A stretch of 38,008 nucleotides of DNA from Octopus sinensis (GCF_006345805.1 NW_021835236.1:1-38008); one strand, 5' to 3'; numbered from the stretch's first letter, positions 22,307-34,956 are shown. Made by a program: numbers and translations. Notes: generated from the sequence alone by a model not told the origin.

Positions 22307-22462
22307 CCTTTCTACTTTAGGCAAAAGGCCTGGATGTTTGTGGGGAGGGGGAAGGTTGATCACATCGACCCCAGTATTCAACTGGTATTTAATTTATCGA
22401 CTCCGAAAGGATGAAAGGTAAACTCGATCTCGGCGGAATTTAAACTCAGAACGTAGCGGCAG
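22304..22462 (-). mobile_element. SINE family B, copy 10 (tandem with copy 9)
   Basis: ATCCTTTCTACTTTAGGC..ATCGACCCCAGT..CCGAAAGGATGAAAGG..AACTCAGAACG. Confidence 0.8.
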
Positions 22463-22736
22463 AAGGTGTTTCGTTCAATATCCGTTAAATGACTTTTATT
22501 CAGGGACCTTTTGAGCGGGATGGGCTACATTACCTGATGAAAATTCGAACTGGGCCCCATCTGCAAGGTCATGAACTGTTTATCTTGATATTGATCAATA
22601 TGTCGCGCACATATGGTTGTGATGTATGTGCCTGGTGTGCCTGGTGCACCCTTATCAGACAGGTTGTCAAGATGGGTATACTTGGTTTATATATTTTACC
22701 TGAGTGTCACTGCTCTCTCACTCAATAATAATAATC

Positions 22737-22790
<54 letters not shown>

Positions 22791-22812
22791 GTAATAATAA
22801 TAATAATAATAA
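22463..22812 (+). mobile_element. Retroposon family D, copy 3, with (AAT)n tail
   Basis: Matches the 3' ~260 bp of copies 1 and 2. The tail runs 22724-22812. Confidence 0.75.
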
Positions 22813-22942
22813 CTCTTTCTAGTGTAAGCGCAAGGTGTGCAATTTTACAGTCCATTGGCCAATGTGTGTACTCGCACGCGAGCGTATGTATGTGTGTGTA
22901 AGAAGTCCGTGTTTTAGAAATGTGTTTGTAAGAAGTGCGTGT

Positions 22943-23274
22943 GCAAAGTGTGGCTCTGTGGTAAGAAGTTTCTTTCCCAACCATATGGTTCCAGGTAAAA
23001 TCCCACTACAAGTGTTTTCTACTATAGACTTGGGCCGACCAAGGCTTTTTGTGAGTGCATTGGTAGACGGAAACTGAAAGAATCCCCTCGTATATCTGTG
23101 TGTGCACGCGCGCGTGTGTGTTTAGGTGTGTGTGTGTTTGTCCTGCACCACAGCTTGGCAGTTGGTATTGGTGTAGCATGGCGATTCTGCAAAAAGAGTG
23201 GGATATAATAAGTACCAGATTAAAATTCTTGAGGGCAGTGCTAATGACTGAAATCGATAAAAGAAGGATATAAG

Positions 23275-23275
<1 letters not shown>
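22943..23275 (+). mobile_element. SINE family A, diverged full-length copy
   Basis: Head, GTAGACGGAAACTGAAAGAA, (TG)n and tail are all recognisable. Confidence 0.75.
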
Positions 23276-23336
<61 letters not shown>

Positions 23337-23337
23337 C

Positions 23338-23370
<33 letters not shown>

Positions 23371-23445
23371 CATATATATATACATATATATATATATATA
23401 TTATATATATATATATAGAGAGAGAGAGAGATAGTATGTATTATG

Positions 23446-23476
<31 letters not shown>

Positions 23477-23589
23477 GTATGTATATATGTGTGTGTATAT
23501 GCATGCATACATACATGTATTTTCACATATAAATATACACTATATATGAAAACACTGTCCGTGCCCAAAATTTCCTTTTCAATCTTTGG

Positions 23590-23697
23590 GTAAAACGAGA
23601 AGCAAAAATAGAGGTCATTTGCCCACCGTGTTGCGCTGTAGACGCGAAATCAGAACCACGGGGATATGAAGCGAACTTCTAAACCATAGAAGTCATG
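23590..23697 (-). mobile_element. SINE family A, degenerate head
   Basis: ATTTGCCCACCGTGTTGCGCTG..GAACCACG..AAGCGAACTTCTAAACCATAG resembles the reverse-complemented head. Confidence 0.45.
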
Positions 23698-24630
23698 AGT
23701 TACATTATTAGCAGTAAATACATTAATACCACGTGTTATATTAATGGAAGGTTGGTGAACGTATGACTGAATTAAACTTCGAACTCGCGACTATAAACCA
23801 TTGAATTAGTCATCTAACCAATCTTATTAAGTACTCTACCGCAGAAACACCTGGTTTAACTTTGTGGTTTTATATTGATTTCCGCATTCAGACTTACGGC
23901 ACAGAATAGCCGTGAGAATTATGCATAAACCAGCAATACAGCGGACGACATTTTATTCCCAATGAACGTTATATAATAGTCTTATTTTCAAGTATCTAAG
24001 ATTTAAATATCGTGGGATAATAGTAGTGTTTCACATAGGTCATTTGACAATGCAATATCCGTTTACAAGTACAGTAGAGAGATCTTTCTTTCCATCTAAA
24101 AATTTTAAATATGTTCTTGACAGTAACGATTCACCTTACGATATTTTAGCTCCTCAGATCGATGATTTGAGTGAAATTTCAGCTATTTTGCCAAACTAAT
24201 TTCGTGAAGACTATAGATTTAAGACCACTGTGATATAAAATATCAAAGATGAATTATTATCCATATCAGTATAGACAAGAGATTATACATGAGTATCTAT
24301 ACGCATGCTTGTATATGCGTGTATGACCACGCGCGCTCGTGTGTGTGTGTGTGCGGATTTGCATTCGTAAAATATACATCATGTGTGTGTGAATGCATGT
24401 GTGTGTGAGTGTGCGTGTGCGTGTGTGTGTGTGTGTGAATGCATGTGTGTGTGTGAATGCGTGTGTGTGTGTGTAAATGCATTATTTTTCAGCAAGATCT
24501 CTCGCATATACATGCATTTATACACACAAATGCATATACATACGTATAAATATATATATGAGTGTGTGAGCGTTTATGCATGTAAATACATATTACTGTA
24601 CGTATGCATGTATACATACGTGTGTATGTA

Positions 24631-25078
24631 TTTCATTATTCAGTTTTATTTCAAGATTTCTTGCCAACAGAGAAAGAACTGGTTTCTAACCTAGATGCAT
24701 TGGAATTTCAACATCAACAACAGGGTATTTCTGTTTGTATGTATGTATGTATGTATGTATGTATGTATGTATGTATGTATGTATGTATGTATGTATGTAG
24801 GATCTGAAATCTTCGAATTAGCTTTCTCCTTTCTGGTTTTGAGAAGCCTAATTTCTCAAGATTGCTATTTAGGCAGCGTATCATATATCCCAGGGCCACA
24901 ATAATTACAGGTACAAACCTGAACTTGTAATATGGATAGAGTAACTGCAGATTTCTCAATAGTTCAGCATAGATGTTCTCTTTCTTCGCTGACCTCAGCT
25001 TTATGTTAACATCTGATGGGCAGCTAATTTCCACAACTGCGCACAGTTTCTCTTCTCTATCCCAAATCATTATATCAT
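24631..25078 (-). mobile_element. RLE LINE (second R4/Dong-like family), 3' fragment
   Basis: MIWDREEKLCAVVEISCPSDVNIK..YAELLRNLQLLYP..VPVIIVALG..RRKLIRRFQI. The 3' UTR matches 29420-29550. Confidence 0.85.
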
Positions 25079-26060
25079 ATATGTATGTATGAGTGTGTGT
25101 ATTACTGGTGTATATACATGTGTCTGTGAACGAATGTGTGCAAAAATCCGCATACATGCGCACGTTTGTGTGCGTATATGTCTGCTTCAGTGTATATATA
25201 TACAGTAGATTTTCTTTCAAGCATGGTACATTGAAAGCACGACTCTCTTCGAACTTCATCTTGTTTATCAGTGGCTTTTTGCATTACCTGAAAAGTCCTC
25301 AATGTTTTTAGGTCTGGGCAATAACATTTCTAAATGCATTAACGTTATCACCGTCATCTGAATGAATTGTTGACTACGGTGCTCGTTACCGGTTTTGTAG
25401 CAGGAGGCAACAGGTATTTAGAACGATGGTATAACTACGAACGTCCATGGAAGGTGAGGCATATTCCGTTTTCTTTAATTCACCATAAATAACTAGATTG
25501 CTTGGTGGTGTTTCTTTGTTTCTAAGGGGTTTTTTGCGCGAAGTTCCGAAAGGAGTGTAGAGGATAGCCGCAACGGAATTGATATTGTTATCTTTAAGTC
25601 CTATGTAGGCATTGCAGATGTAGCTTATGATAAATATGCATGTGTATGCAATATTGCGCTTAAAACATTACAAGTTAAGCGGCACAGTCGAAGGTTGAAG
25701 TTGCACCTTTTATAGATTCTATACCACCTTTCTCTCGTAAGTTAAGTTAGAATTATGGCATGATTCGTCTACAAACGTCTTCATGATGCCTTCCAGAGAA
25801 ATTTATTATAAAAAATAAAGAGATAAGATGTAACATTTAATAATGATATGTGTGTGTTTAGTGAATTAAGTGTGTGCATTAAGTGTGTGCATAATTAGTC
25901 ATCAGTTAGGTTCCAAGTTCACAGCTGAGGCTGGAGCTAGGGATCCGTATTAGGCTTCCGTGTTAGCGAGTATATATTAGAGGAAAATTACAACAAAACC
26001 AAGGCAGGACAAATATCTCAAGTCATTTAGAATATTTAATTAGTGTAAGGTTAATTTGAA

Positions 26061-26136
26061 GTCTTACAGCTGTTTTGGGGATATCCCAAGTGAGAGGCTA
26101 GCATGTCCGTACACTGATTATTCCGTCATCAGAGAC
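26061..26136 (-). ncRNA. Hammerhead ribozyme motif of Penelope type, probably inactivated at G12
   Basis: The minus strand reads GTCT-CTGATGA-CGGA...TCCCC-AAAAC-AGCT-GTA-AGAC. Stem I is GTCT/AGAC, the CUGAUGA core is exact, and stem III is the palindrome ACAGCTGT with a GUA site. GAAA reads AAAA. Confidence 0.6.
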
Positions 26137-26286
26137 AAGGTGAGTATGTATGAAAGATCTAGATAGGGAAATTCGCAGTTTATAAGGAAGAAAATAGAAG
26201 ATAGAAGAATAATGAGTAAAACGGTAGATAGAATACAGACAGATGATTAAAGACAGGAGTATAAAGTTCACAACTCATATATATAT

Positions 26287-26318
<32 letters not shown>

Positions 26319-26721
26319 GCATATATTTATTGGTCTCTTATGTACATTAGTTCAAGCAAATGGCTTGAACAATGCAGGAATCTGGCTTAAGTAGAAGTCG
26401 TTCTTGGTATGTATGGTGTACATGTATGTTAGTGTGTGCGCGCGTATGCATGTATGTATATGTTGTATGCATATATATGTGTGTATGCATATATATATAA
26501 TCAGACAATTTTTCTCCATTTTCTGATTATCTAAATTTAATTTCTGATAAACTTTTTGTTTATTCTCTTGTTACTTGTACCCTATGTGCATAGTGTTCCT
26601 TCATGCATATGCCCAGGGATAGCACAGGTAATTGATACCGATAGCAAATACGGATACTATTATCCCTTAGACGGTTATTGCAACCGCTAACTCAGCTTGC
26701 CTTATGTCTAATATATATATA

Positions 26722-26807
<86 letters not shown>

Positions 26808-27585
26808 TGTATGTATGTATGTATATGCATACACACATATAAATATATTATGTGTATGTATAATCATGCCAGAATGTCACCGAGAGTACTGGAATGATAG
26901 CCATAAGGGTTTCAAATGCAATCTTCTTACAGTGGTACGCTCGGTAAATTTGCTGTTTTGCTGTAAGCGTTTAGTAGTCGATGTCGATTGGAAAAATACC
27001 AAGAACGAGAGAATTCCAGAGGATTATATTAGAAAATAGAAGGGTTTGACAAAATGTCTACTTTGGCATTCCTGAAATAAGACTCAACAGCGACGATGAG
27101 AATAGGAGAGGATAAGAAGAGGTTTTGTTTAAATTTTATTATGTTCGATGCGTGTATCAAGTCTTCATTTTGTGAAACAGAGTTTCAATTTCAACTCTAA
27201 GACCAAGTTTAGCTTAATCTTGTTTTGCTTGCTATCTGTTCGGTATTTATTAATTAAAAGAAATTGATTCTGGCATAAAGAGAGTGAAAAAGATAGCCTG
27301 TGATTCACTTTCAGGATTTATTGGACAGTGTTCGTTTCTTTTAGGTTTAACACTCATTTTAGTATTCTAAATCCCAAGTGTCGATAATTCCTAGCCTCTG
27401 GACATCTGTGTGTTTATAGAGCCTGGTGTCAAGATTAAGCACAATAACACTCAAGTACACATGCGCGTGCACACATACATACACAAGCGCGCGCGAAAAC
27501 ACTCGCACGTAAACACATACACTCACGCGCGCATACATTCATACACACATTATTTATACATATATACATAAAAAAGCAAATACGT

Positions 27586-27654
<69 letters not shown>

Positions 27655-27998
27655 ATATATACAAACCGGTGTTTCTTTTCATTTTGTGCATAATGTGCAT
27701 TTGTACATAAACAAATATATAAATAGAATATACATGTTTGTATGTAAATATCCACTTTCACTTCACAGCAAAACACACGCACAAACACACACACACAACA
27801 TACACATAGACTCACAAATATTTTGTGAGAGATACTGAGAAAACGAGGGAGAAAAGTATATATAAATATGCATATGTGTGTGTATTAGTCATACATACAT
27901 ACATACACACACACACGAACATATACATATACATATATATATATATGTGTGTGTGTGTGTTGTGTGTGTGTGTGTATATATATGTGTGTGTGTGTGTG

Positions 27999-28029
<31 letters not shown>

Positions 28030-28738
28030 ATAATACATATATTAATGTATATACAAGCACGAAGACCTAGGGAGAAGTATAGACAGATAAGTATGCGTGT
28101 TTGTGTATGTGTGTATGTGAGTGTGTGCGTGTGTGTGTGTGTGTGCATGCGCGTGCTTTTGTGTGTTCATAACTCTATATACTCTGCTTACACTTGCAGG
28201 ACGGAAGGAGCTTTATAGAGACAACAATAAACGTAGTCCGTACATTCCAATGACCTATTGTACAACCAACTAGCCAACTATCATCTAAAATCCCCCAATC
28301 TTCAGATAACATAATTATTCGAGCAGTTTTCTCAATCTAACTTCCTCAGTATATTGTAAAGATTTGTCTACTAACCAGAGGCTATAGCTTAACAATAGTT
28401 CACATTTAACCGATAATTGTAAAATATCAGCGTTCACTTCGTATACTTGTTTCACTTATTTAGATGCGTTTCGGCAATATTTCGTTAGGAATTTGTCTGT
28501 CTTGGTTCAAATTTTAAAATCCTCACGGCTGACTATATATTAGTAAGTTAAGAGATAAAGGGAAAGGATTAAAAGTATTTCTTTAGAGGAAGGAGAGAAG
28601 AGCATTTAGGAGAGTTGATATTTCTTTCTGCAAACTTACAATCTTTACTCAACTCAACAATCAATCTTCTATGGAAATCAGTTCACATCCACTTATTGGT
28701 CAATTTGAATTGATTCTTTTAGCACATTTTCGACCTAC

Positions 28739-28832
28739 ACATACATACATACATGCATGCATTCACGCATGCATGCATACATACATACATACATACATAC
28801 ATACATACATACATACATACATACATACATAC
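28739..28832. repeat. (ATAC)n/(ATGC)n microsatellite
   Basis: Direct reading. Confidence 0.9.
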
Positions 28833-28835
28833 ACC

Positions 28836-29550
28836 GAATATATCTCCTACATCATAAATAGTCGTCCGAAAATGTCATCACGGTAATATGTACCAATGTG
28901 ACTAATGTTGTAGCTAGGACACTCTGTAATGAAATCTGTCAGAAGGATAATCCCGAGGACAAAGAAATACGAACCCACAGTAGAGTAGGAGCCATAGCCA
29001 CTCACAAAAAAAAGGAGTACTGGTGGAATGTCCCAGCGAAGACCTCAATAAAATGTAAGCACAACAGATATGTTATAATGATCTGTGATAGAGAAGAGAA
29101 GCTGTGTACAGTTGTAGAAATGAGCTGTCCTGCGGATGTTAACACAAAGCTGAAGATCAGTAACAAAGATAATATCGACCCTGAAAGTATGAAAAGTAAA
29201 GCCAACCTCGGTGGAATTTGAACTCAGAACGCAAAGATGGACGAACGCTATTAAGCTGTCAAACAAAGCTAATTCGAAGACTACAAATCCAATCTATCAC
29301 TAGAACTGAAAAAATCTGTAAGACTTTCCAGACGTTTATCATTTAAATATATATGAGCATGTCTAGATATGCAAGTATATGCATGAGAAGACGTACATAA
29401 AGCAAAACATACAAATCTGCACGTATACATACATACAAAAATACCTTGTTGCTTGTGTTGAAATTTCAATGAAGGAACCTTGGAACTAGGTTAGAAACCG
29501 ACTCTTTCTATTGGCAAGAATCTTGAAATAAAACTGAATAATGACATCCA
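28836..29550 (+). mobile_element. RLE LINE (same family as 24631-25078), 3' end, interrupted by a SINE B fragment
   Basis: ISYIINSRPKMSSR..NVVARTL..EYWWNVPAKTSIKCKHNR..DREEKLCTVVEMSCPADVN, then KLIRRLQIQSITRTEKICKTFQTFII* and the 3' UTR. Confidence 0.85.
29173..29256 (-). mobile_element. SINE family B, internal fragment (copy 11)
   Basis: Closely matches about 19422-19503. Confidence 0.8.
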
Positions 29551-29589
29551 TACATACAAACATATATATGTGTATCTTTAAGTACATAC

Positions 29590-29643
<54 letters not shown>

Positions 29644-29854
29644 TATATATATATACATATATACATATATATACGTACATACATGTATATATATATGTAT
29701 GTGTGTATATATATATTGTGTATTTACACAAACATGCATACACACATATCTCAATATATTCATCATTAGTTGACAACTACTAAGTAAAGGATTCCACCAG
29801 CAGAATTGAGTATACAAAAATTATAACATTATAGCGTAAACAAAATTAATAACG

Positions 29855-31130
29855 AAATCTATAACTTGTAGTAATGAAAAGAATCGTTTTTCTTAACAGG
29901 ATGTTAATAGTAAAGCGAAGGTTTTCTTTTTATATTTAACAACTACTTATTTACCAACATCATACAATGTCCATAAAAAGAGTACATCATTTTTCAGAAA
30001 GAACAATCCCGAATATTATTTAATTGGATACAAATAGCCAACATTGATTTTTGTTGCTACGTTTCGTATACGAGATATCAGATGTAAACAAACAACGAGA
30101 TTGAAGATGAAAAATGGGCAATGGACGTATATACCATATTTCGGGGGATTTTGCCCGTTCATCTGCACCCACCTAATTCATTAATCATCCTCGAACACAA
30201 TAGTCTCTATATATAGCGATGTATAGTTAATGGATATACCAATTTACATATTAAACGCATGCCTGGAAGCTGGTACGTAAATACTTATGACTTGTAGGTA
30301 CGTGGTATTTCGTTATGCAACCATAATATACTATAAAATATATTAAACGTTTTTATAAGAAAATACCGCGTTCTACTTGACAGTATGAGTATTCGATTAA
30401 GCTATGGCCGATATTGCTTAGTGCGTTAAGGTGAACAGAAAATTCAGTGAGTTGGTTGAGCTCTGTGAGAGCAATGGATGGAGGCAATATGTTCTCCCGT
30501 AGAGATAGGTGTTGGAGGGTTTGTTGGAACTAGGGCTCACTTGATGCTCGGTAATTTTGGACCTGGTTGCGGAGACAAAAGACGTTGCCTGAAAAATCAT
30601 CGGAAACTGCTGAAACAGCAAGTCATTACAATTAGCTCAAGAGATAAGGCGAATGGTGCTGTAAGAACGAGCATTGAGGATGGTAAAAATATCTGGCCCA
30701 GTGTTGCAATATTTGACTTGACTAAGTTCTTGCTTTTGTGGGGGAGTTTTTATCACCTTCATCGGTGGACAGTTCTGGCAGTTCTGATCTTGTGGTGGAA
30801 AGGGCCGAAACACCCACTGAGCTACTTCACCGCTTGATGAGACATCGATTTCTGCATTTAGAGATAGAGAAGAAAAGCATCCTCCGCGCACAAGCGTTTG
30901 CCCTCAAAATATAACTAGCAAAGATCAATAGAATCAATTTCTTAACAGGATGTCACTACTAAAGTGAAAGAAATTTTTTATTGAACTATTACGTATTTAC
31001 CGACATTGTTATGTCGATACAAAGTCCATAAAATGAGCACATCTTGTTTAGAAAGAACAATCCCGAATAATAGTTTCCTAAGCAGTAAGTTTATTCGATT
31101 AAGCTGTAAACGATATTGCTTAGTATGTTA
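29855..31130 (+). repeat. Diverged direct duplication: 29855-30017 plus 30387-30428 versus 30909-31130
   Basis: Shared blocks TTTCTTAACAGGATGT, GTCCATAAAA, AGAAAGAACAATCCCGAATA, TATTCGATTAAGCT and CGATATTGCTTAGT. Confidence 0.8.
30431..30860 (+). mobile_element. HERO/R2-like RLE LINE, C-terminus and 3' UTR remnant
   Basis: Across one frameshift it reads KFSELVELCESNGWRQYVLP/VEIGVGGFVG..KRRCLK, matching the ELVxxCxxxGW..PVEVGCRGF motif of RLE C-termini. Confidence 0.75.
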
Positions 31131-31797
31131 TTGTTGGGTTTTTTTCCAGCTCTTCATTAAATATCGAAGTGAAATCAATTCTACCTCATGTCTGAACAAG
31201 TCAACTGTTCTTTACTTGTTTTTCATTATCACTTATTTAGATAATAATGCTGTTGTTTAGCGTCCTTGATTGGAATAAATAAAATACGGCTTTGGATAGA
31301 AGTTTTGTTTTGTCTAGTTTTTGTTACCGTTGGTTTTCTTCCTTTTCATTGTTGATTGACGGTTTCTCTACACAAAACGCATGAACATGAATTATATCTT
31401 ATATATTATATTAGAAATAAAGTCTTTAATTATTTATCTGTGAACTGGAATAGTCAATCCTAGAAGTGAATCTATATTTCTGCATACTTGTCGGCATGAG
31501 AGAAATAATTTAAATTTAATGCCTTCGAGTTAAAAAGATAAACAATAGAACAAAAGCTCAGAAGTGCTTATGAATATCTGCATGCACATGGGAGGTTGTG
31601 CATATGGGAGGCGTGTCCATGCGCATGCGTGTGTTTGTCTGTGTTTGTGTTTGTTTTTGCACGTTTGTATATCTATAACGATAAGGTTGATTTAGATATT
31701 CAAAATAGAGTCCAATAGGGAAATAACCCCATCCATACTTGTGTTTTATTTATATAACACATTCTCTTTCTGTTAAATGCGCTAACACATGTATACC

Positions 31798-32045
31798 TAC
31801 ATATATACACACATACATACATACATACATACATACATACATACATACATACATACATGCATACATACATGGCAGTTGTCTACTCCTTATACAAAGTTTG
31901 ACCACTCCCTGTACCTACACCTTAGACCCATCATGGCGTCTGATGTGGCTTTTTAAACCAGACAACGTCCTGAAAAGACATCCACATAGATTGGACATCT
32001 GATTTGGATCACCAAGACCTGCAGATCTGCTCTTTGTGGATCTTA
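31798..32045 (-). mobile_element. RTE-type LINE 3' tip with an (ATGT)n tail
   Basis: (S)NLCGCLFRTLSGLKSHIRRH* is a C2H2 finger with its first Cys mutated. A short 3' UTR follows, then the microsatellite at 31798-31870. Confidence 0.7.
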
Positions 32046-32057
32046 CATACATACATG

Positions 32058-32088
<31 letters not shown>

Positions 32089-32593
32089 GCGCACAAACAC
32101 GCATACACAAATGCACACATGCATCCACTAGTGGCCAAAATTTTGACCATAAATAATTGTTGTCTGTTGCTTTTACCCCTCTTCCTTCCTAATAACTACT
32201 TTTTAGCCATCTTCAATTGATCTTTTATTATTCTCTAACGCAAATGGTTTTAAAATTGCTTTTGTCCTTCATCTGAATAAGGCAAATTTGAGGTTAAAAT
32301 GCAGTAAAAAAATTGTACGTCGGCCTAAAGCACAGGAATATAAAAACTAATCCATTATATATGGTTTGCAATATGGCAGTCTATTTTCGTATTTAGTAAG
32401 GTTAGCTTTGATTACCGCATCAATTCATTTCTGCAGATAAGCAATTGGATCTCCAACATATTTATGATCTTAACTAGCCGTTATTTAGATCTTCGATTAA
32501 GTGAGTTTTGATGCTCGATTTGGAAACTGATACCAGTCCCTTGAGGCTTTACCATTGATTTTCTATTGGGTTAAGTTAAGAATTGAAGTGTTA

Positions 32594-32618
32594 TTGTGTG
32601 TGTGTGTGTGTTGTGTGT

Positions 32619-32695
<77 letters not shown>
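32594..32695. repeat. (TG)n microsatellite
   Basis: Direct reading. Confidence 0.95.
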
Positions 32696-32697
<2 letters not shown>

Positions 32698-32994
32698 CAA
32701 CATAGTGGATGTTATAACATGAGGCACCGCCTTACTGAAAAATTCCTTCATATGTATTACGTGGAAGCATATCACTGTATATAGTATTTTTCATGCTTTT
32801 AAATGCTAGCTTAGAGCACAATATCTTTGGAAATTGAGCTCTTTGTCATAGAAATATACTGAATATATATAAATATATACTGAATGTACTGAAATGCCAT
32901 TGAAATATACTGATAATGTGGCTTTTGTTTTCAGAAATATCCAGTTAATATTATACGTGTGTGAATGTATAAGTGAGTTTGAGTGTGTAGGTGC

Positions 32995-33023
32995 ATGTAT
33001 GTATGTATGTATGTATGTATATA

Positions 33024-33064
<41 letters not shown>

Positions 33065-33106
33065 GTATGTATGTAACTATGTATCTATGTATCTACGTAA
33101 GTATGT

Positions 33107-33158
<52 letters not shown>

Positions 33159-33172
33159 GTGTATATATATAC

Positions 33173-33234
<62 letters not shown>

Positions 33235-33290
33235 ATATATATATATTATATATATATATGTATATATATATTATATATATATATATACAT
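32995..33290. repeat. (TATG)n/(TA)n tract
   Basis: Direct reading. Confidence 0.95.
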
Positions 33291-33293
33291 AGT

Positions 33294-33697
33294 CGCAGGC
33301 GTGGCTGTGTGAGAAGAAGCTTGCTTCCAACTACATGCATCCGAGGTTCAGTGCCACTGCGTAGCACCTTGGAAAGGTGTCTTCAACCATAGCCTCGGGA
33401 CGACCAAAGACTTGTAAATAGATTTGGGAGACCGAAACTGAAAGACTCCAGTCAGTTGAATATTTGTGTGTGTGTGTGTGTGTGCGTGTATGTCTTTGTG
33501 CCTCTGTTTCTCCCCCATCATCGCTTGACAACCGGTGTTTGGGTGTTTACGTCCCCATACCTTTGCAGTTGATAGAACAAGTACTAGTCTTGAAAATAAG
33601 TCTTTCAGTCGAATTGTTCGAGAAAAACACTTCAAAGCGGTGCTCCAGCATCGCCACAGTTAAATAATTGAATCATGTAAAAGAATAAAAGAATAAA
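33294..33697 (+). mobile_element. SINE family A, full-length copy
   Basis: Colinear with 15743-16155. Confidence 0.85.
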
Positions 33698-34336
33698 TAG
33701 CTAGTTTCATCTCTTACAGAGATTTTCTAGCTAGCAAAATATAGCGTACACACATAAAACCATATTGTTCTCACATACATCTATACACACTTTCATAGAT
33801 ATATGCACCATGCACGCATGCACGTGCACATATCCACTCATGCACACATGCACACCCATAACACTTACTCAACATACATCGTGACACACGCTTCCCGCAT
33901 ACATACACAACATGCACGCACGCCGCATGCATTTCTGTTCACACACACTCACACACACACAAATACATGTTGGCTCCCCAAAAACTACACCCCAGTGCTT
34001 ATACATGTAAATACACGACCACACCCAATTCACACATATACATAATAATATAAATCTTACCCGCATAACTATTTCTACCTATTCATAAGAACAAACTCCT
34101 GATCAAATACTTTTCCCTGCTTCGCTAAGTTTTCTTTTACTCATTTTTTTCTTTCCCTTCTTTGTCTTCAAACACTTTCTCTTTCTCACTCACCTTCTCT
34201 CTCCCTCTGTTCCTCTCTCGCTCTCTCGCTCTATCTTTCTCTCCTTCTCTTTCTCTCTCACCCTTCTGTTTCTCCTCTTTTCTATGTTTCTCTCATATGA
34301 AGGACAAACGTGCGAAATGCTAGACATTTTGTTCGA

Positions 34337-34374
<38 letters not shown>

Positions 34375-34404
34375 ATGTGTGAGTGTGTACAGCGATTTGT
34401 ATGT

Positions 34405-34561
34405 GGAGTAGCTATGTGGTAAGCAGCTTGCTTACCAACCACATGGTTTCGGTTTCAGTCCCACTGCGTGACACCTTAGGCAAGTGTCTCCTACTAGAGC
34501 CTCGGGACGACCAAAGCCTTGTGAGTGGATTTGGTAGACGGAAACTGAAAGAAGCCCGTCG

Positions 34562-34594
<33 letters not shown>

Positions 34595-34861
34595 ATATTG
34601 TGTGTGTGTATGTGTGTGTATGTGTATGTGTGTGGTGTGGTTATGCTGTGTGTGTGTATTTGTGTGTCTGTGTTTGTCCTCCCAATATTGCTTGACAACC
34701 GATGCTGGTGTGTTTACGTCCCCGTAACTTAGCGGTTCGGCAACAGACCGGTAGAATAACTACTAGGCTTACAAAGAATAAGTCCCGGGGTCGATTTGCT
34801 CAACTAAAGGCGGTGCTCAGCATGGCCGCAGTCAAAGACTGAAACAAGGAGTAAAAGAGTA
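34405..34861 (+). mobile_element. SINE family A, young full-length copy
   Basis: Close match to 15743-16155 outside the microsatellite. Confidence 0.9.
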
Positions 34862-34956
34862 TATATATGCATATATATGTATATGTATATCTATCTATAT
34901 ATATATTAATTATATATATTATATATATATATAGATATATATATATAATATATATC

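Noticed and set aside
25300-25600. STIHSDDG on minus, resembling an LTR integrase motif
   Set aside because: It is one short motif amid stops; not enough without a search.
26850-27090. ILWNSL on minus, resembling a CR1/L2 LINE C-terminus
   Set aside because: The similarity is too short to call.
28457-28495. Third hammerhead-like motif on minus (CTAACGA-AATATTGCC-GAAACGCATC)
   Set aside because: The core needs two substitutions, stem II lacks a 5' arm and stem I does not pair. At best a heavily decayed remnant.
30052-30090. CTGATA..GAAACGTA on minus, resembling a hammerhead
   Set aside because: The core is incomplete and there is no stem I.
30801-30846. GAAAC followed by TTGATGA in the HERO-like 3' UTR, as a permuted hammerhead
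   Set aside because: I could not build consistent stems or a valid NUH site.
32126-32150. CACTAGTGGCCAAAA, resembling a Tc1 TIR
   Set aside because: No matching inverted end was found.
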